A DNA stretch of 64,000 nt, from positions 15,872,032-15,936,031 of the forward strand of contig JARFYF010000012.1 of assembly GCA_030265395.1 (NCBI GenBank). Direction: 5' to 3'. Made by a program: the position numbers and the translations under genes. Within the stretch, counting starts at the first letter, position 1. Every line of letters starts with the position of its first letter. Origin of the DNA: Rhina ancylostomus. Its lineage: Eukaryota. Positions 39,451 to 52,221 of the stretch are shown piece by piece. The notes below the pieces were generated by a model. It did no database searches. It saw only the letters and a list, made by a program, of their open reading frames with translations, and was not told where the DNA came from.

Positions 39451-40499
39451 GTATCACTGATCTGTACTGGATACAGCGTAGTTTGCAAATCCAACTTAGT
39501 ATAAAGATCTTGGGTTCAAGCCTGCAAGAAGCTCTCTTGTCTGCATCCAGTAAACTTACAATGTGGTGGAAAAGCCCTGAGGCAGGGACTGATCTATCTT
39601 ATTGATGCTTCAGGATTGTGCCTGCATATGCTAGTAAACACACTGAGAAAATCTCTAACGGCAATGGGACAGCTGGAGCAGAAATGAATAATGCTCTTGT
39701 GTTCTCTGTCCTGTTGTCATTCTACCTCTGACTCATCTTGCAATTGGACAGGATCGACCAGTCATAATATCAAAAACATAACAAGCAATCAATTATAGTA
39801 CCTTCTCAGAAAATAGCACTAGAAGAACAAGGCCCTTTCAGTGTCAATTGGTTCCCATCAAAATCCAGTCACTAGCTCCATACAGCCTGACGTCAGAGTG
39901 AATCACTTATAATTCATAAGTTGAAGTTACAAATTAGCTACTCCTTCTAAGCAGTATCAAAATCAAGATACTTGATCAGTACACTAGAAATGAGCTCAAC
40001 ATTTCCTTCCCAATTCCAGCACTGGCCAGAGTAGAGCGTGCACTTAAGTTCACTTTGAGAAACACGAGAGTTGTGACATTATTGAAACTGAACCAGCTGC
40101 AAATTCCCACTGTGTGGAACATGGACCTGGTGGGACTGAATGACCTCTTTCTGTGTAAGGCCACACTTGAATATCTGCCATTGTCCCTTCATCATCATTG
40201 GACTAAACTTTGATCCCTACATCAGCATGGGAGTGCCATTGTCCCAATGAGTGCTGTGGTCATGATTGAGGTCTATACTCGTGATTTATAGATGTGAAAT
40301 AAATGTGGGCATTGCTTGTGGTATCCCCATTCCAGTGTTTTTACATAACTCTTTCAACAAGTCCATGTTATGTTCTTTGGTGTATGGCAACGGAAGTTCG
40401 CAGAAACAGTAACACTCTGTTATTGAGGTTCAGCTGAACCCAATCCTGAGCCACAGGAAGTAATACTGCTCAGTCATTGCCATGTAACTCAGTCTGGAC

Positions 40500-41615
40500 A
40501 CAAGAAATAGAAGCAGGGTGAGGCCATATAACACCTAGAGCTAACTCTGCCATTCCAAAAGACCCTGGCGGTCCAATATCTTGTCCCTGTTCCTTCTGCA
40601 CCCCCAGTCTCCTTAAACTGAGAAGTTGCAGTCATCTGGCAGAGAAACCCCAAAGATTCTCAGCCTTCCATGAAGAAAGTTCTCCGCATCCCAGCCCTAA
40701 ATAACTGACCCACTTATACTGAGCCTCTGCCTTCTATTTGAAAAATACTCCTGTTTTAATATCCTTCCTGATAAAGTGAAAAATACCTAATATTTTCTAT
40801 GTGGTAAGTTAGCCGCCTAGTTTTAGACACTCCACCCAGAAGAGGCATTTTATGCAGTGGTCTGTCAATTTTTCATATGCTTCAATGACTTCTAGGGAGT
40901 AGAGATCTTTTCTACTCAATATCTCCCTGAAGGACAAAACAGTCATCCCAGAAATCAATCTGATAAATCCATGTTACATCCCCTCCAATAGAATATATTC
41001 TTCCTTAGGTCCAGAGATCAAATCTGTACACTGCACTCTAGGGGTAGGATCCAGACAGTACTTCACTAACCCCCATGGCAATGAAGGTCATTGTGCCATA
41101 AATGCTTGCACAGGTTCTTGTAAACTTTCTCTGTTTTAACCTACTTAGTACAACACAGGTGGCCATTCATCCCATCAAGTCAATGCAAGGTCCCAACAGA
41201 ATCCCATCATTCCCATATCCCCCTGTTCTTCTGTCTCTGCATCCCTACTACTTATTCTCTCCCACATGCCCAACAACTCCTCTTTCATGTGCCACTTACC
41301 TACCCTGAGGTGTAATTCACAGGAACCAATTAACCTACCAGCACGTCTTTGGGATATGGGAAGAAACCGGGGCATCCCACAGAAGCTCACAGTAATTGGG
41401 ACAACATACAAACCCAACACAGACAGCACCCAAGGTCAGGATCAGGCCTGGGTCCCTGGAGCTGTGAGGCAGCAGCACTAACTGCTACACCACCATGTTA
41501 CTCTTCTGTCTACAAGCACTCCCAGATCTCCCTCTATTTACTGGATTTTTCACCATTTGAAAGATATTCCTGTTTTAATATCCTTCCTGACAAAGTGAAA
41601 AACCTCATATTTATG
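40500..41615 (-). mobile_element. Degraded CR1 3' portion with nested V-SINE (about 41150-41497)
   Basis: Reverse CR1 end caagaaatagaagcagggtgaggccat..., cagtcatcccagaaatcaatctg, ctgtacactgcactcta. Confidence 0.65.
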
Positions 41616-43538
41616 AGATCTGGATAGTCAGTCTTCAGTTCATTTCACATCCTAAACAGTTTGCCCTTGTTCCTCTGCAAGGCCAAGTATGAGAAGTACT
41701 TTGGGAACAATAGACCTGAAAGGTATCTCCAAACAACAAACAAATCATCATTGCTATGGTTGGGGGTTGACTCCTGGCATGTGATAAACCATATGATCTC
41801 TAACATCTCTTTGAAATGGACAAAAAATTCATGAAGGCATATACATATTACTTTCAATATTCAACAGCAGATCTGCACTGAAATCAGCTGAAAAATGACT
41901 TGGACAAGACTGCAAATTTCCCAGTGGAAATCCAAGGCATTATTTTGAGTGCTGCATTCAGTGTGCAGGGAGTATGAAAGGTCAGTATGTGGTAAAACTC
42001 TGGATTCCCAATGCACATTTGCTGCTTGTGCTGGCTATTAATAATCTCTGTGCAGTGTGCCTGATGAAAATGCAATTATATTTTACTTTTTTTATTGCTT
42101 TCCAAAGTTATAGAGTTCCAATCTGTGTGTGGTGATGCTGACCACAGGCTGATAGGACTTCATAAGATTATGTGAATAATGTGTAGCCAACGATTCCCAT
42201 TTAATTTTGAACCAAATCCTTCCTTTATTTTCTGTAACTTTTTTTGGCACTGTGACAGCAGAGGGAGAAAGCTGCCTATCATGGCATTGACTGCAAACTG
42301 TAACAGATGTTGAAGCTGAATGCTATAAAAGGCTTTTAAAGCTTAAAACATTTTATCTGTTGGTTGCCTCTCTTCAGCTAAATTAGCAAAGATTGTCATA
42401 TTCCAATTGTATGAACATTAACTTGCTTTTTCTACTTTAATGGAGCTATCAACTGTCTTAAATTTTCTTGAGCTTTGGGAAACAAAGCCACTGGTTGTTA
42501 CTTTATATCTGGGCTCCTAACTCCAATGGGGTTAGGCTAACATAAATATGTTAATGAGGTCCCAGTCAAGTCCACAGTTAGCCAGCCCTTGGTATAAAAG
42601 CATCAGCAGACATCTCTATGAGAGATTGGGATTGGGCTCCCCCATTCACATTTTATAACCACCCTTCTCAGCAGCTTTCTTCTCTGAGCAACTCCCTCCT
42701 GCCTGCCACAGGGGTTAAATATGAGGCCTGAAGCTTTCTGCAATTGAAGGTCAGTTGTTAGCTGATGCTCTGGTATTGAAATGGAAGTCAACTGTAAGGC
42801 TTCAAAAGACATTAACTATCAGCAGACAGAAATTCAGAATGCAAGGTGTCCAATACGAGCGAGGGCTTTAAGATGGATTAATTCTTAAGGAATCAAATGG
42901 CTGACCCAAGTTAAATAAAAAGATTCAGTTGTTGAAAGTAACAGTGCAGGTGATGGTCAGCAGTTTAAGGCATTGAGTAGTGAAGCCAAGCCAGGTTAGA
43001 AATTTATGGGTTTGATCCTCTGCCTGTGCAGGGCTCCCTAAATGCAACTGGAGCAGTGCGATACCCACAGTCAGAGAGTGGTGGGGGACTTAAAAAGTGT
43101 TCCTGTCCTTTGAATGGTTTTTGTGCTGGACAGCAATGCTTTCTTCCAAGGTTAGTCTGGTGTCCCAACTGGATCAGGAAGCATGATGGTGACAGGATTG
43201 TGAAGTAATGAAAACAAAAGGAAATATTTAGCTGCCTTGTGTTTTGTTTAACCTTGGGGTACCACTAAAGCAATTCAATTGATATGGCTAAAATCTTTGC
43301 TGCTAACAAACTACAGTGTTTTTACTTTATAAAAGTACTTACAGTGGAAGCATAAAGAAAAGGGAATCTTCCAAAAAAAGCATTTGGGTCAGTTTGCATG
43401 TCACATAACTTGACAGTAAATGAGACTGAGAACATTACATTCAGGGTTACTTAGTGTCATTTTGAAATGCACGCAAATATCTTTTGCAGAGAACACAAAG
43501 GAATTGATAATTACAGCTAATTCACGCATAAATGAGTT

Positions 43539-43544
43539 TTTATT
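43539..43544 (-). promoter_or_regulatory. Candidate PLEKHS1 polyadenylation signal
   Basis: Plus-strand tttatt = AATAAA on minus, with a U/GU-rich downstream element (plus-strand gaacacaaag near 43491). Confidence 0.35.
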
Positions 43545-46359
43545 GTAAAAATGTATTCATATTATGTTTACATTACACATTATTTACACATTTTGCAATA
43601 TGCAATAACTGTGGCACCTGCTGGAGATTAGGAGAACTACAAGTGACTCCAATACCAAAAAAGAATGTTGCTTCTTTTTGGTATTACTTCCTTCAGGTTT
43701 CTTTCTTGGTAATTCTAAGATGGAATCATAGGAGTTTCGTGCCATATTCTTGTATGAATGGCATAACACATCAAAGTCATGCAAAAGGGGATGGACAACT
43801 ACTTGGCAACATAAATCTGACCCAAGACATTATCAATAATGGATGCAATGGTGAAATTAAAAAGGCTATAGAACAGAGTATTAAAACTCTCTAGTGACCA
43901 ACAGGCAATGTGAAAGGCCAGCTCTTGGAACCTTAAGCTTTACTGGCTGTGCTTTAATGTTTCCTGTTTTATTAGCATCTGGCTGGTGACTTGTTGCTCC
44001 AACTGTGTGGCATACTCCAAGCACTCAGCTGCTATGGTATCAGTTACCCATAGACGAATCCAGCCAATGGGAAGCAAGCCCAGTGGAGGAGTAAGGATGA
44101 AAGCCTAAGAAGCCAGAAGCCCACAAGTTGCAGTAGGTCACAGCAACACTAATCCATGCCAATATTTTGACATCTTGGTCAGGCCACTAAAAGAAAGATT
44201 CCAGGCAAAAACAAATGACAAACGAGCATAATTGAGACAATGGCTCAACTAACCCCAGTTTTAAACTTGTTAAGTCCCACTTCTATCTGCTGGAGGGTGT
44301 TTTAGTCTCTGCTCTAAATGAAATTTTAAGGGTTGAGGAAGGATTGTGTTATAAATTATATCAGCCATTCCCTTTCACATTACTTGAGCCACAATGTGCC
44401 TTATGATAAACATGGTAACTTTTCAATAACTTTGACTTTTTTCATTGTTTGAAATTATATCATTTTAACACACAAAATGGTATAAAGTATAACTTTCACC
44501 AAACATGTACTCAAATAAACATTACAGAGCATAGATCAATGAGCGACCATTATATGACAGTTCAAGTGTAGGAAGGTCAGATACCAATTGCCACTAAATC
44601 TTGAAATATCTGATTGATATCTCAGTCGATCATTGAACTCTAAGGGAGTTCTGAATGATCTGACATTACAATCTTTTAAAAGGTATGAATGCAGACTGTT
44701 GTTACATTTAGTTTCTCTTAAAAAATATAATGCATGGAAATGACATAATACTAGATTAATTTATCAATATAAATCATATTAAACATAATATACAGCAGTT
44801 TCAAGTTCTTAATCTTCATATAAAATCAATGCTTTAAACTTCCACTAACTGAATGCCTAAATTACAACACTTAAACATATTATTGCAGTGATTACATCCT
44901 GAATCTCTGTGACACAATTGTAGAAGACAATTATAGTTTGATTATTTGTGTTATAGACTTCATTCCACACATATTTCAAATTTTCAAGTAGCAATTCTTG
45001 CTGAAGATTTCAAAGGTGCTGCTAACATGCTTTTTTTTAAACATTCATACTTTTGAGATTATGCTTTGGAGTACAGTGACAGTGAACAAATTGTTATAAT
45101 AGAATGAAAAGAATATTATGTGTTTCATGACATCAGGATATTCTGGAGCACTTCACAACAAGTGAAGTTCTTTTGTTATGTAGTTATTGGTGTAGGGAGC
45201 TACAGCACCCAGTGTGTGAATAGCAGGGCTTTGTATACTGTAGCAAAATTACCAGATAATTTGTTTGAATAATATTGGATAAGGCACAGATGTGCAGACT
45301 GTCTTCAAAAACTGCCACGGGAACTTTTACTATCCACTTGAGATAATAGCAGATGGCTCAATTTATAATCTGGACAATGGCAGCTCTGGTACTGAACTAA
45401 AGTGTCAGTTTGGATCATGGATACACAAAAGCACAGAAACCATGCAGAATTCCAAACTAATGATTGGGTAGTTAACTAATAAGTTTTGCTACTTATTAAA
45501 TTCTTGCATTTTGAGTATGCGCACAGACATAATCAAGATGCACAATAACACTTTTTGGGAAAGGAACAAACAGCATCAGGATCAAATAATCTCGGGACAG
45601 ATACAGGGCAGCAATTACACATTAGTACTAATTCAATTCTGTACTACATTTCATTATGAAAACAAACTTTTTATCAACTAAACCATGAGAAAGCATCTAT
45701 GAAGGATAACGACTATTAACTGTACATTTGCCAAGGAATAATTACTATTCCACAATGGAAGGGAAAAGGCAAAAAGGTTAAGCACGAAGTGCATGTTTAT
45801 AATGATATTAAGTGTCTTACAAATGAAGGACATTTTTGACAGCAGATATTAACACATTTTTTTGTTCTATTAAAGTAAATGTTGTAAACTGTAACAAAAA
45901 TATACCTCAGAAACATTACTATTTACCTGTTTGTGCTTACTCCTCACCAAGTGGTGCCTCACTTGTACCTTAGTGATTATATTACTTCTTTAGTAAATCA
46001 CATGTTATACTTGAAATCAGAACAGTTGATTAACTAAGACACCATACAATAACTGCCTATAAATCATACAGTGTTAAGAATTTTTTTTATACTTAATCTT
46101 AGCATTTGCAAAAGGGATATCACCCAGAATGTCTAATATAATTCAAAGAGTGAACCTGTGAGTGTCTTCAATGAACTCAGACCACGTGAGTGGAAGAACG
46201 ATGAAGGTTTCTAGAGCTAAACATTGTAAAGATGTTCAGCATTAAATCGGTAGCGATCCATAAGGTCCAGAAGAGCATAGCAGTAAAATAAATACTGATG
46301 AATGTATGCTGGATGACATGATGTGATCATTGCTGGCTTTGATGATGTTTCCATGGTGA

Positions 46360-46394
46360 TTAGTTTGTTGATGGTTCTTTGTGAAAATTACAAC
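46360..46394 (-). CDS. PLEKHS1: Probable terminal coding exon of PLEKHS1-like gene
   Basis: Acceptor ttttgtttctttgtgcataag|GT, phase 1. Translates (C)CNFHKEPSTN*. Followed by about 2.8 kb of AT-rich putative 3'UTR. Confidence 0.5.
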
Positions 46395-46795
46395 CTTATG
46401 CACAAAGAAACAAAATACAATTAATTTGAAAAAATTTCCCTAAACATAGTTTACTACAATTACATCCAATATGCAAACAGATTTCAGAGATTTTTAAACT
46501 TTCTCTTCAGCTTGATGATATTTATCTTTCATGTTCTAGTCATTTATCAAAATATCTTATTTGCTTTCTCAAGAGTCCTATCCTAACCATGGACCTTCAG
46601 TACTTTATATGAAATATGACTCCTAGATTATTCTCATGCACCAATGTTAGGGACACAGACCAGCAAAATATGTCCATGCTTGGATATGGTGTAATTATTT
46701 GCTTAAGGTAATAGAGGGATACTCAAAAGAAAAATAAAAGAAGCTGAAAGGAAAGTGTTCCGAGTCCAATAAAACCTGTAACTCAGTGGCAATAC

Positions 46796-47197
46796 TGTCA
46801 CAATGTTGAGCAAGGAGCAAGCAGCAAGCTTGCAGGGAACCCAAATGCGGCACACTGATACAAGACTGGAGTCAGGATACCTCCTCAGGACAAACACAGG
46901 CAGCGACTGGAAGGAGTCTTGCCTCAGAGATCAGAAGAGGAATCCCAACACAAAATGGATCTTCAAAAAGGAATAGAGAACACAGGACTGCTCTAGAGTA
47001 CACCACTCTAAGCAACTAGGAGCCAAAGGTAGATCAATACTCTAGCAACTAGTGCAAGAGAAACACAGGTACTTATGCTAGGACCCTGATGGGGCTCAGG
47101 TGAGTGTCACTATACAATCAGTCCACATCAAATCCATGTGCTGTACAACAAGGCACCTAAGGGGCCAAATCAAGGGCCAGTACTCAGAACCATGACA
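46796..47197 (-). mobile_element. Gypsy-type LTR (about 400 bp)
   Basis: Termini TGTCA...TGACA form a perfect 5-bp inverted repeat. Reverse-strand gtgtgccgcatttgggttcc is U5-like. A homologous terminus lies at 48064-48139. Confidence 0.7.
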
Positions 47198-47780
47198 GGT
47201 AGTGACTTACAGATCAATCGAGGGTTAGGGATAGTTATCTTAAATAAGCCCCAGATTATTTGATTGGTTGTTGTTTCAGTTAGGGCTATACTTAATTTCT
47301 GCAGAGTGAATCAGAGTCAATGCACCACATTGTTTACTCCCAGGATTTTGCGTTACTTTTTAAAAGCAGTAACTTAAAAAGATGCAATGTATAGAAATAG
47401 GACTGATAATTTTCAGATTTTTGAACTGTTCCCTGTTAATAACCTGAAGAATTGAACCAGCATGAAAATAAGTAAATTGGAAGGAAATCTAGACAATGTC
47501 AGTTTTTTGGATTTGAGCCTAAACTCCTTGTTGTTCCTGAACAATTCTTCCGGCTTGAAGTTCATAATCCAATTGTTTGACTTGACTGACCTAATAAGGG
47601 TAGGTTGGATTTATCCTTAAATATCAAAGAATAGATAAATGTTGTTGGTGGGAGGTACAGTTAATCACATACGATCCAGGGGACAGCTGACAAACGAGCT
47701 CTGCAGGAACTCACAAACAACAGCAACAGGGAACATCAATAAAAACAGGTCAGGCAGTGCCTGTGGACAGAGGAATGCAA

Positions 47781-47963
47781 TTAGTTGGTAAATTGGTTTA
47801 TTATTGTCACGTACTGAAGTACAGTGAAAAACTTTGTTTTGCATACTGTCCATACAGGTCATTTCATCATATCGGTACATTGAGGTAGGACAAGGGAAAG
47901 CAATAACAAAATGCAGTTACAGAGAAAGTGCAGTGCAGGCAGTGAGGTGCAAGGTCATAATGA
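47781..47963 (-). mobile_element. Rex1/Babar LINE 3' end running into a gap
   Basis: Reverse complement of the tail seen at 11470-11690 (ttggtttattattgtcacgtactgaagtacagtgaaaa...agtgcagtgcaggcagtgaggtgcaaggtc). Confidence 0.88.
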
Positions 47964-48063
47964 NNNNNNNNNNNNNNNNNNNNNNNNNNNNNNNNNNNNN
48001 NNNNNNNNNNNNNNNNNNNNNNNNNNNNNNNNNNNNNNNNNNNNNNNNNNNNNNNNNNNNNNN

Positions 48064-48139
48064 CCAGCATGGAATCAATGTGCTGGACAACAAGGCATTA
48101 AAGGAGCCAAATTGAGGGCCAGAACTCAGAACCATGACA
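48064..48139 (-). mobile_element. End of a second LTR of the same family
   Basis: Roughly 80% identical by eye to 47124-47197 and ends ctcagaaccatgaca. The rest is hidden in the N gap. Confidence 0.75.
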
Positions 48140-48168
48140 AATACTGCTAAACATACAAGAAGCGCATC

Positions 48169-48420
48169 CTTTTTTTTTTACAAACAATACAAAAAATTTT
48201 TTCAACGAAAAGTACTACAAAAGATATACATATGTATCACTACATCAACTATTACAATAATTACTACAACAAAAGGAACTATACATATGCATAACTACAT
48301 CACATGCAAACTAAACTACAGCAAAGCACTATTTCAAATTAACCTACCATTAACACTGTCTACAATACGCTCGATCCCCTGGGGGGGGGGCACCCACTGA
48401 TCCTGATTCTCCCAGGGTGT
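48169..48420 (-). mobile_element. Tx1/L1-clade LINE extreme 3' end
   Basis: Poly(T) at about 48170 and an AC-rich reverse UTR. Reverse translation ..PQGIERIVDSVNGRLI* resembles Tx1 ORF2 ends. Confidence 0.65.
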
Positions 48421-48790
48421 GCGCGGATACCAAGAAGCTCAGCCCTGTCCATTAACACTAAATGTGTATGAACTTATCAGTCTTTGGTTTTACTTGCCTT
48501 TGATACACCCATTTCCATTGCCATAAATGGAACCGCATGTGTGAAGGTAAGCACAACTGGCAGCCAGTGCTGGCACATGCATTAAGTGCCAGTGATCACA
48601 GGCAAATTTATAAGACATGTACATCGTCTCTTCTGCATTAAGCAGTGCTTCCACATTTTGGTGAGTGGGAAATAGCAACTGCGAGACTACATCCATTGTA
48701 GCTAAACCTATGAAAACTCCTGCAAAGGATACAGTGGATAATAAAGGTCAACAGGAACAGTTCTACTGGCTAAAAGAATAGGACACTTAC

Positions 48791-48875
48791 ATTTTATTAG
48801 TTCTTTTCTTAGCTTTTCCATATTTTCATTGCGGACTGACGGTGCTTCAGGCAGTCGCAATATGGTGGCAATCAT
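48791..48875 (-). CDS. PLEKHS1: PLEKHS1-like exon, end of PDZ-like region
   Basis: Acceptor ctcttgcccccag|ATG, donor AAAT|gtaagt. 85 nt, phase 0 to 1. Translates MIATILRLPEAPSVRNENMEKLRKELIK; 'TILRLP' corresponds to the last PDZ strand. Confidence 0.8.
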
Positions 48876-50976
48876 CTGGGGGCAAGAGTCATTTCCTTTA
48901 AGTTCCAGAAGCACATCCAACATACTTGCCAGCACGTTAATAAGCACTGAAGAGAATCTTCGAAGATGTTTTTACTTCACACAGTTCACCTGTCCCGATT
49001 CTAATCTTCAATCTCCTCCACTCTCGAAGCACAACCCACCTTTCCCTTTCCTCTGACTACAGTTTAATCTCTGGAAATCCTTTGTTAGAGCTCCCTCTAA
49101 AAATTTTCTGAACCTTCAACTCTTGCAGTAAGCTTTTGATTACTCTAACTTCTCTCTTTTTGTTGCTGTGGCGTATCGTTTCCATCCACCTGTCTATGAA
49201 ATTCTGTCTCTTGAAAGCACAAATGAAATGCAATTTGACATCTTAAGTTTGCTCCTACTCCACCTGACACACGTGTTGCGAAATTGTGCACAGCAAGAAC
49301 CCACTGACAGTTATGACATAATGTAAAGATAATCTTTGGTGGCATTAATTGAATAAAGTGTTCCTCAGGAAACTACAAAAAAAATTTTATATAGTGACAT
49401 GGCACCTTTTACATCCATTAAAAGGATAGATGAGATCTTGGATTAATTTCCCTGGTACAGTACCGAGCCGTCAATATAGCTTATATGTTCTCAAGACATG
49501 CAAGAACTTGGCCTATGGGCCAAGATGGACTAGTATCCAGTTGTGTTTTGGTTCACATGCCATTGATAACTTGTTTAGGCTGTGTGCCAGGACAGAAGTT
49601 GTATGTCTCAAACATGCCAATTGACAGGATTGGTGGTGCCTTGGCATGCTAACTTTCCATTGCTTGTGGCATGTTGAGCATTCCCATTCAGCAAGGATGG
49701 GTAGTCTCAGCTGCAGCATTTTAAACTCCAACAATATTGACTGACATGACTAATACATTCCAAAGCTGCTGGCAAACCTCACCACACATTAATGAATAAA
49801 ACTCTTTGTAACCAAGGAATATTGGCAAAGAAGGATTTCGCTGGGAAATTGCTTGTACAAATATAACATTCAGTAACTCAATACACTTGAAGTCTTTTGC
49901 AGAGAAAGCTGGAATCCGTGATGGAGGAGGGGGCAACTCTGCCTACTTTGTGGTTGGAAAAGACAAATGCTCTTTTCTCACCTGCGTTCTCGTGACTTTG
50001 CAGAGACCCATTGCTTTCTCTCGGTATTAAATTAGCAGCACTGATATTGGTTAGGAGTCAGCTTATGTTTTCAACTTGTTCCTCAGGTACTAGATAGATA
50101 TTTAAATTAAGACCAATTTTATTATCTGTCTAAAATTTTAAAGACTTGTATGTGAAGGAATTGGTTTCTGAACCGCCTCCCACTGTGTAAAACCACTTGG
50201 CAACCTTTCAGCAGCAGACTTTGGTAGCTTATCCCATGGGGAATCCTGGATATACACCTCAGTTATACCCCTGTGCCACCATCCCTTAAAGAGTAAGGGA
50301 ACTAACTGTGCTGGTTGCAGCAGGACAGCCCACGAAGCCAGAAATCTTCGGGTTAATCAATGCACTTCTGCCATCACCCTGGCACATCCATGAAAGGAGG
50401 CCTGGAAAATAGGCCAAGACTTGGAGTCACCTGACTCCAGCCTAATGAGGTGGAATCTCCCTCTACCAGAGACAAGGGCAGAACCTTGCCCAAGGGTGGG
50501 GCTTTTTCAGACTATGTACGCGCAGTGAAGAGGCTCACTGGGCATCTTGTCAGAGTGAATGTGGACCACCTTAGCAGGCTAGTCCAGGGAACTGTCCGAG
50601 GTCCCTGAAGATTAAACTAGGTTGGAGGCAATTCCTTTCCCCAATAAAAAGGGCCACGTGGATTCTGCTTACTGTTTTCTAGGGGCAGGAGGTTGCAATT
50701 TCCAACCCTCCCTCAAAATGGCACCTAATGCAGCAACCTAGGATATGTGTGTGCTTGCAAAGTGCTCCATTAGCAACAACAACCAGCACCACTGGCATAT
50801 TAAAAAGGCCAACATTCTACAATGGGCTCAGAGGGAAGGGGCCTGGTTTTAGGAGTGGGCTGGTGGTGTTATGATTGTCATATTTGTCAAAACTTACTTT
50901 ATTTATACCAAGGTACTATTCAACATAATTTGACTTAAGAGCATTCATTATTAAATGCAAATGAAATGTGACGTAC

Positions 50977-51100
50977 CTCCTCTTCCATTGACCTGTTTAT
51001 TAACATCCCCACTTCCTCCATGTTATGGATCTGAAGCTTGTTGATTGCCACAATTTGGTCACCAGATTCAAATGCACACTTCTCATCTGAATATGCGACA
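50977..51100 (-). CDS. PLEKHS1: PLEKHS1-like exon, PDZ-like core
   Basis: Acceptor cttcttgctgacag|T, donor GAG|gtacgt. 124 nt, phase 2 to 0. Translates VAYSDEKCAFESGDQIVAINKLQIHNMEEVGMLINRSMEEE, with the PDZ-type GD.I.AIN signature as recalled for the PLEKHS1 C-terminus. Confidence 0.88.
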
Positions 51101-51232
51101 CTGTCAGCAAGAAGAAGAACTTTATTAGGAGGCATTTATCACACTCTTGATAAAGTGACTTACGGAAGGAAAAGTACCATAACAATTGGGGAGAAAATGT
51201 ACTTTGGGAACCGGTGACTTGGGTGAAATGAA

Positions 51233-51246
51233 CCACAAGGTGGCAC
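51233..51246 (+). promoter_or_regulatory. CTCF-like motif
   Basis: CCACAAGGTGGCAC fits the CCACNAGGTGGCRC core. Motif match only. Confidence 0.35.
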
Positions 51247-52119
51247 CATTATTCATCAGCTTCCCGGGCCGTGATTCAAGCTGGCGTTGTGTTGATGCCA
51301 TTAGGTATGAGTTTATGGAACATTACATTACACTTTCTTCCTTTTTGTCTTGAAGACAAGTTTTTGCTTGGGTAGGATGCACAGAGCAAATCTGAACGGG
51401 GCGAACCACCCTACTAAAAAGATCCTGAATTTCTATCCATTCATCTTAAATGGATGAAAAATCATGCAGATTTTATTGCAGCCCCATGACTCTTACTCCC
51501 CATTTTTTCTCTATGCACATTGTTGTGCACCGGAAGAAAGTCAGTCTCTTCCACTCAGTGAAGGCCTAGGCGGTCCCTCAGGATCGAGGATAACAAGTAG
51601 ATTACCAATGTGAGCAACTCAGGTGCTGTGAATTGCTGCAACAAGAATATCAATAATTTTCTGGTTGTTGACTCTGAATTTAAATAGGATATGAAATGTG
51701 CTGTTGCAAGTAAATGGTAACATAGTTGTAACATGCACCCAGCAATATTCCATGGACTGTATCTGTACTCTAGTGGCACCAATTACTGCAAATATTGCCA
51801 AAAAGCATAGGTTGCCATTTCGTCAGCTCTATTCAAAACACCAATGCAGTCCAGGGCTCTGGAGAGCTTTTCCTTCTTTGCACTCTGACATATGGAAATA
51901 TCCTCTTTTCTGAGCAATACTGGCCATGCAAACATTTGTTTTAACTGTGTAAGTGCTATATACATATATTTATTTTAAAACTTGCTAACAGTGATCAAAA
52001 ATTTCATATGAAGTGTTTTACAATAACTTGGAAGGAACATTTTTTAGTTCATGACTTAATTTGAAATTTTTAAAAAATATTTTAAAACACATTGAAAGAA
52101 TAGATCAAAAGCTACTTAC

Positions 52120-52221
52120 TAAACTTTGTCATTTACTTCCAGAAGTGAAACATTGTTTTTGAAGTCATATTGGAAAACTACAATATTCAATTTTAGCAGC
52201 TTGGCTTCCTCTGGAATTTTG
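52120..52221 (-). CDS. PLEKHS1: PLEKHS1-like exon, start of PDZ-like region
   Basis: Acceptor gttatttttcag|C, donor TTA|gtaagt. 102 nt, phase 2-2. Translates KIPEEAKLLKLNIVVFQYDFKNNVSLLEVNDKV(Y), resembling the PLEKHS1 'DLKNYLALTE..GRIC' segment. Not in the ORF track. Confidence 0.82.

Noticed and set aside
48708-48790. Read-through of the 48875 exon to the stop at 48708 as the PLEKHS1 C-terminus
   Set aside because: A consensus gtaagt donor at 48790 favours splicing. Retained-intron termination cannot be excluded but is unsupported.
49720-50030. Open frames of about 70 codons on both strands, considered as a viral or transposase remnant
   Set aside because: No recognisable motif, and the length is within chance expectation.
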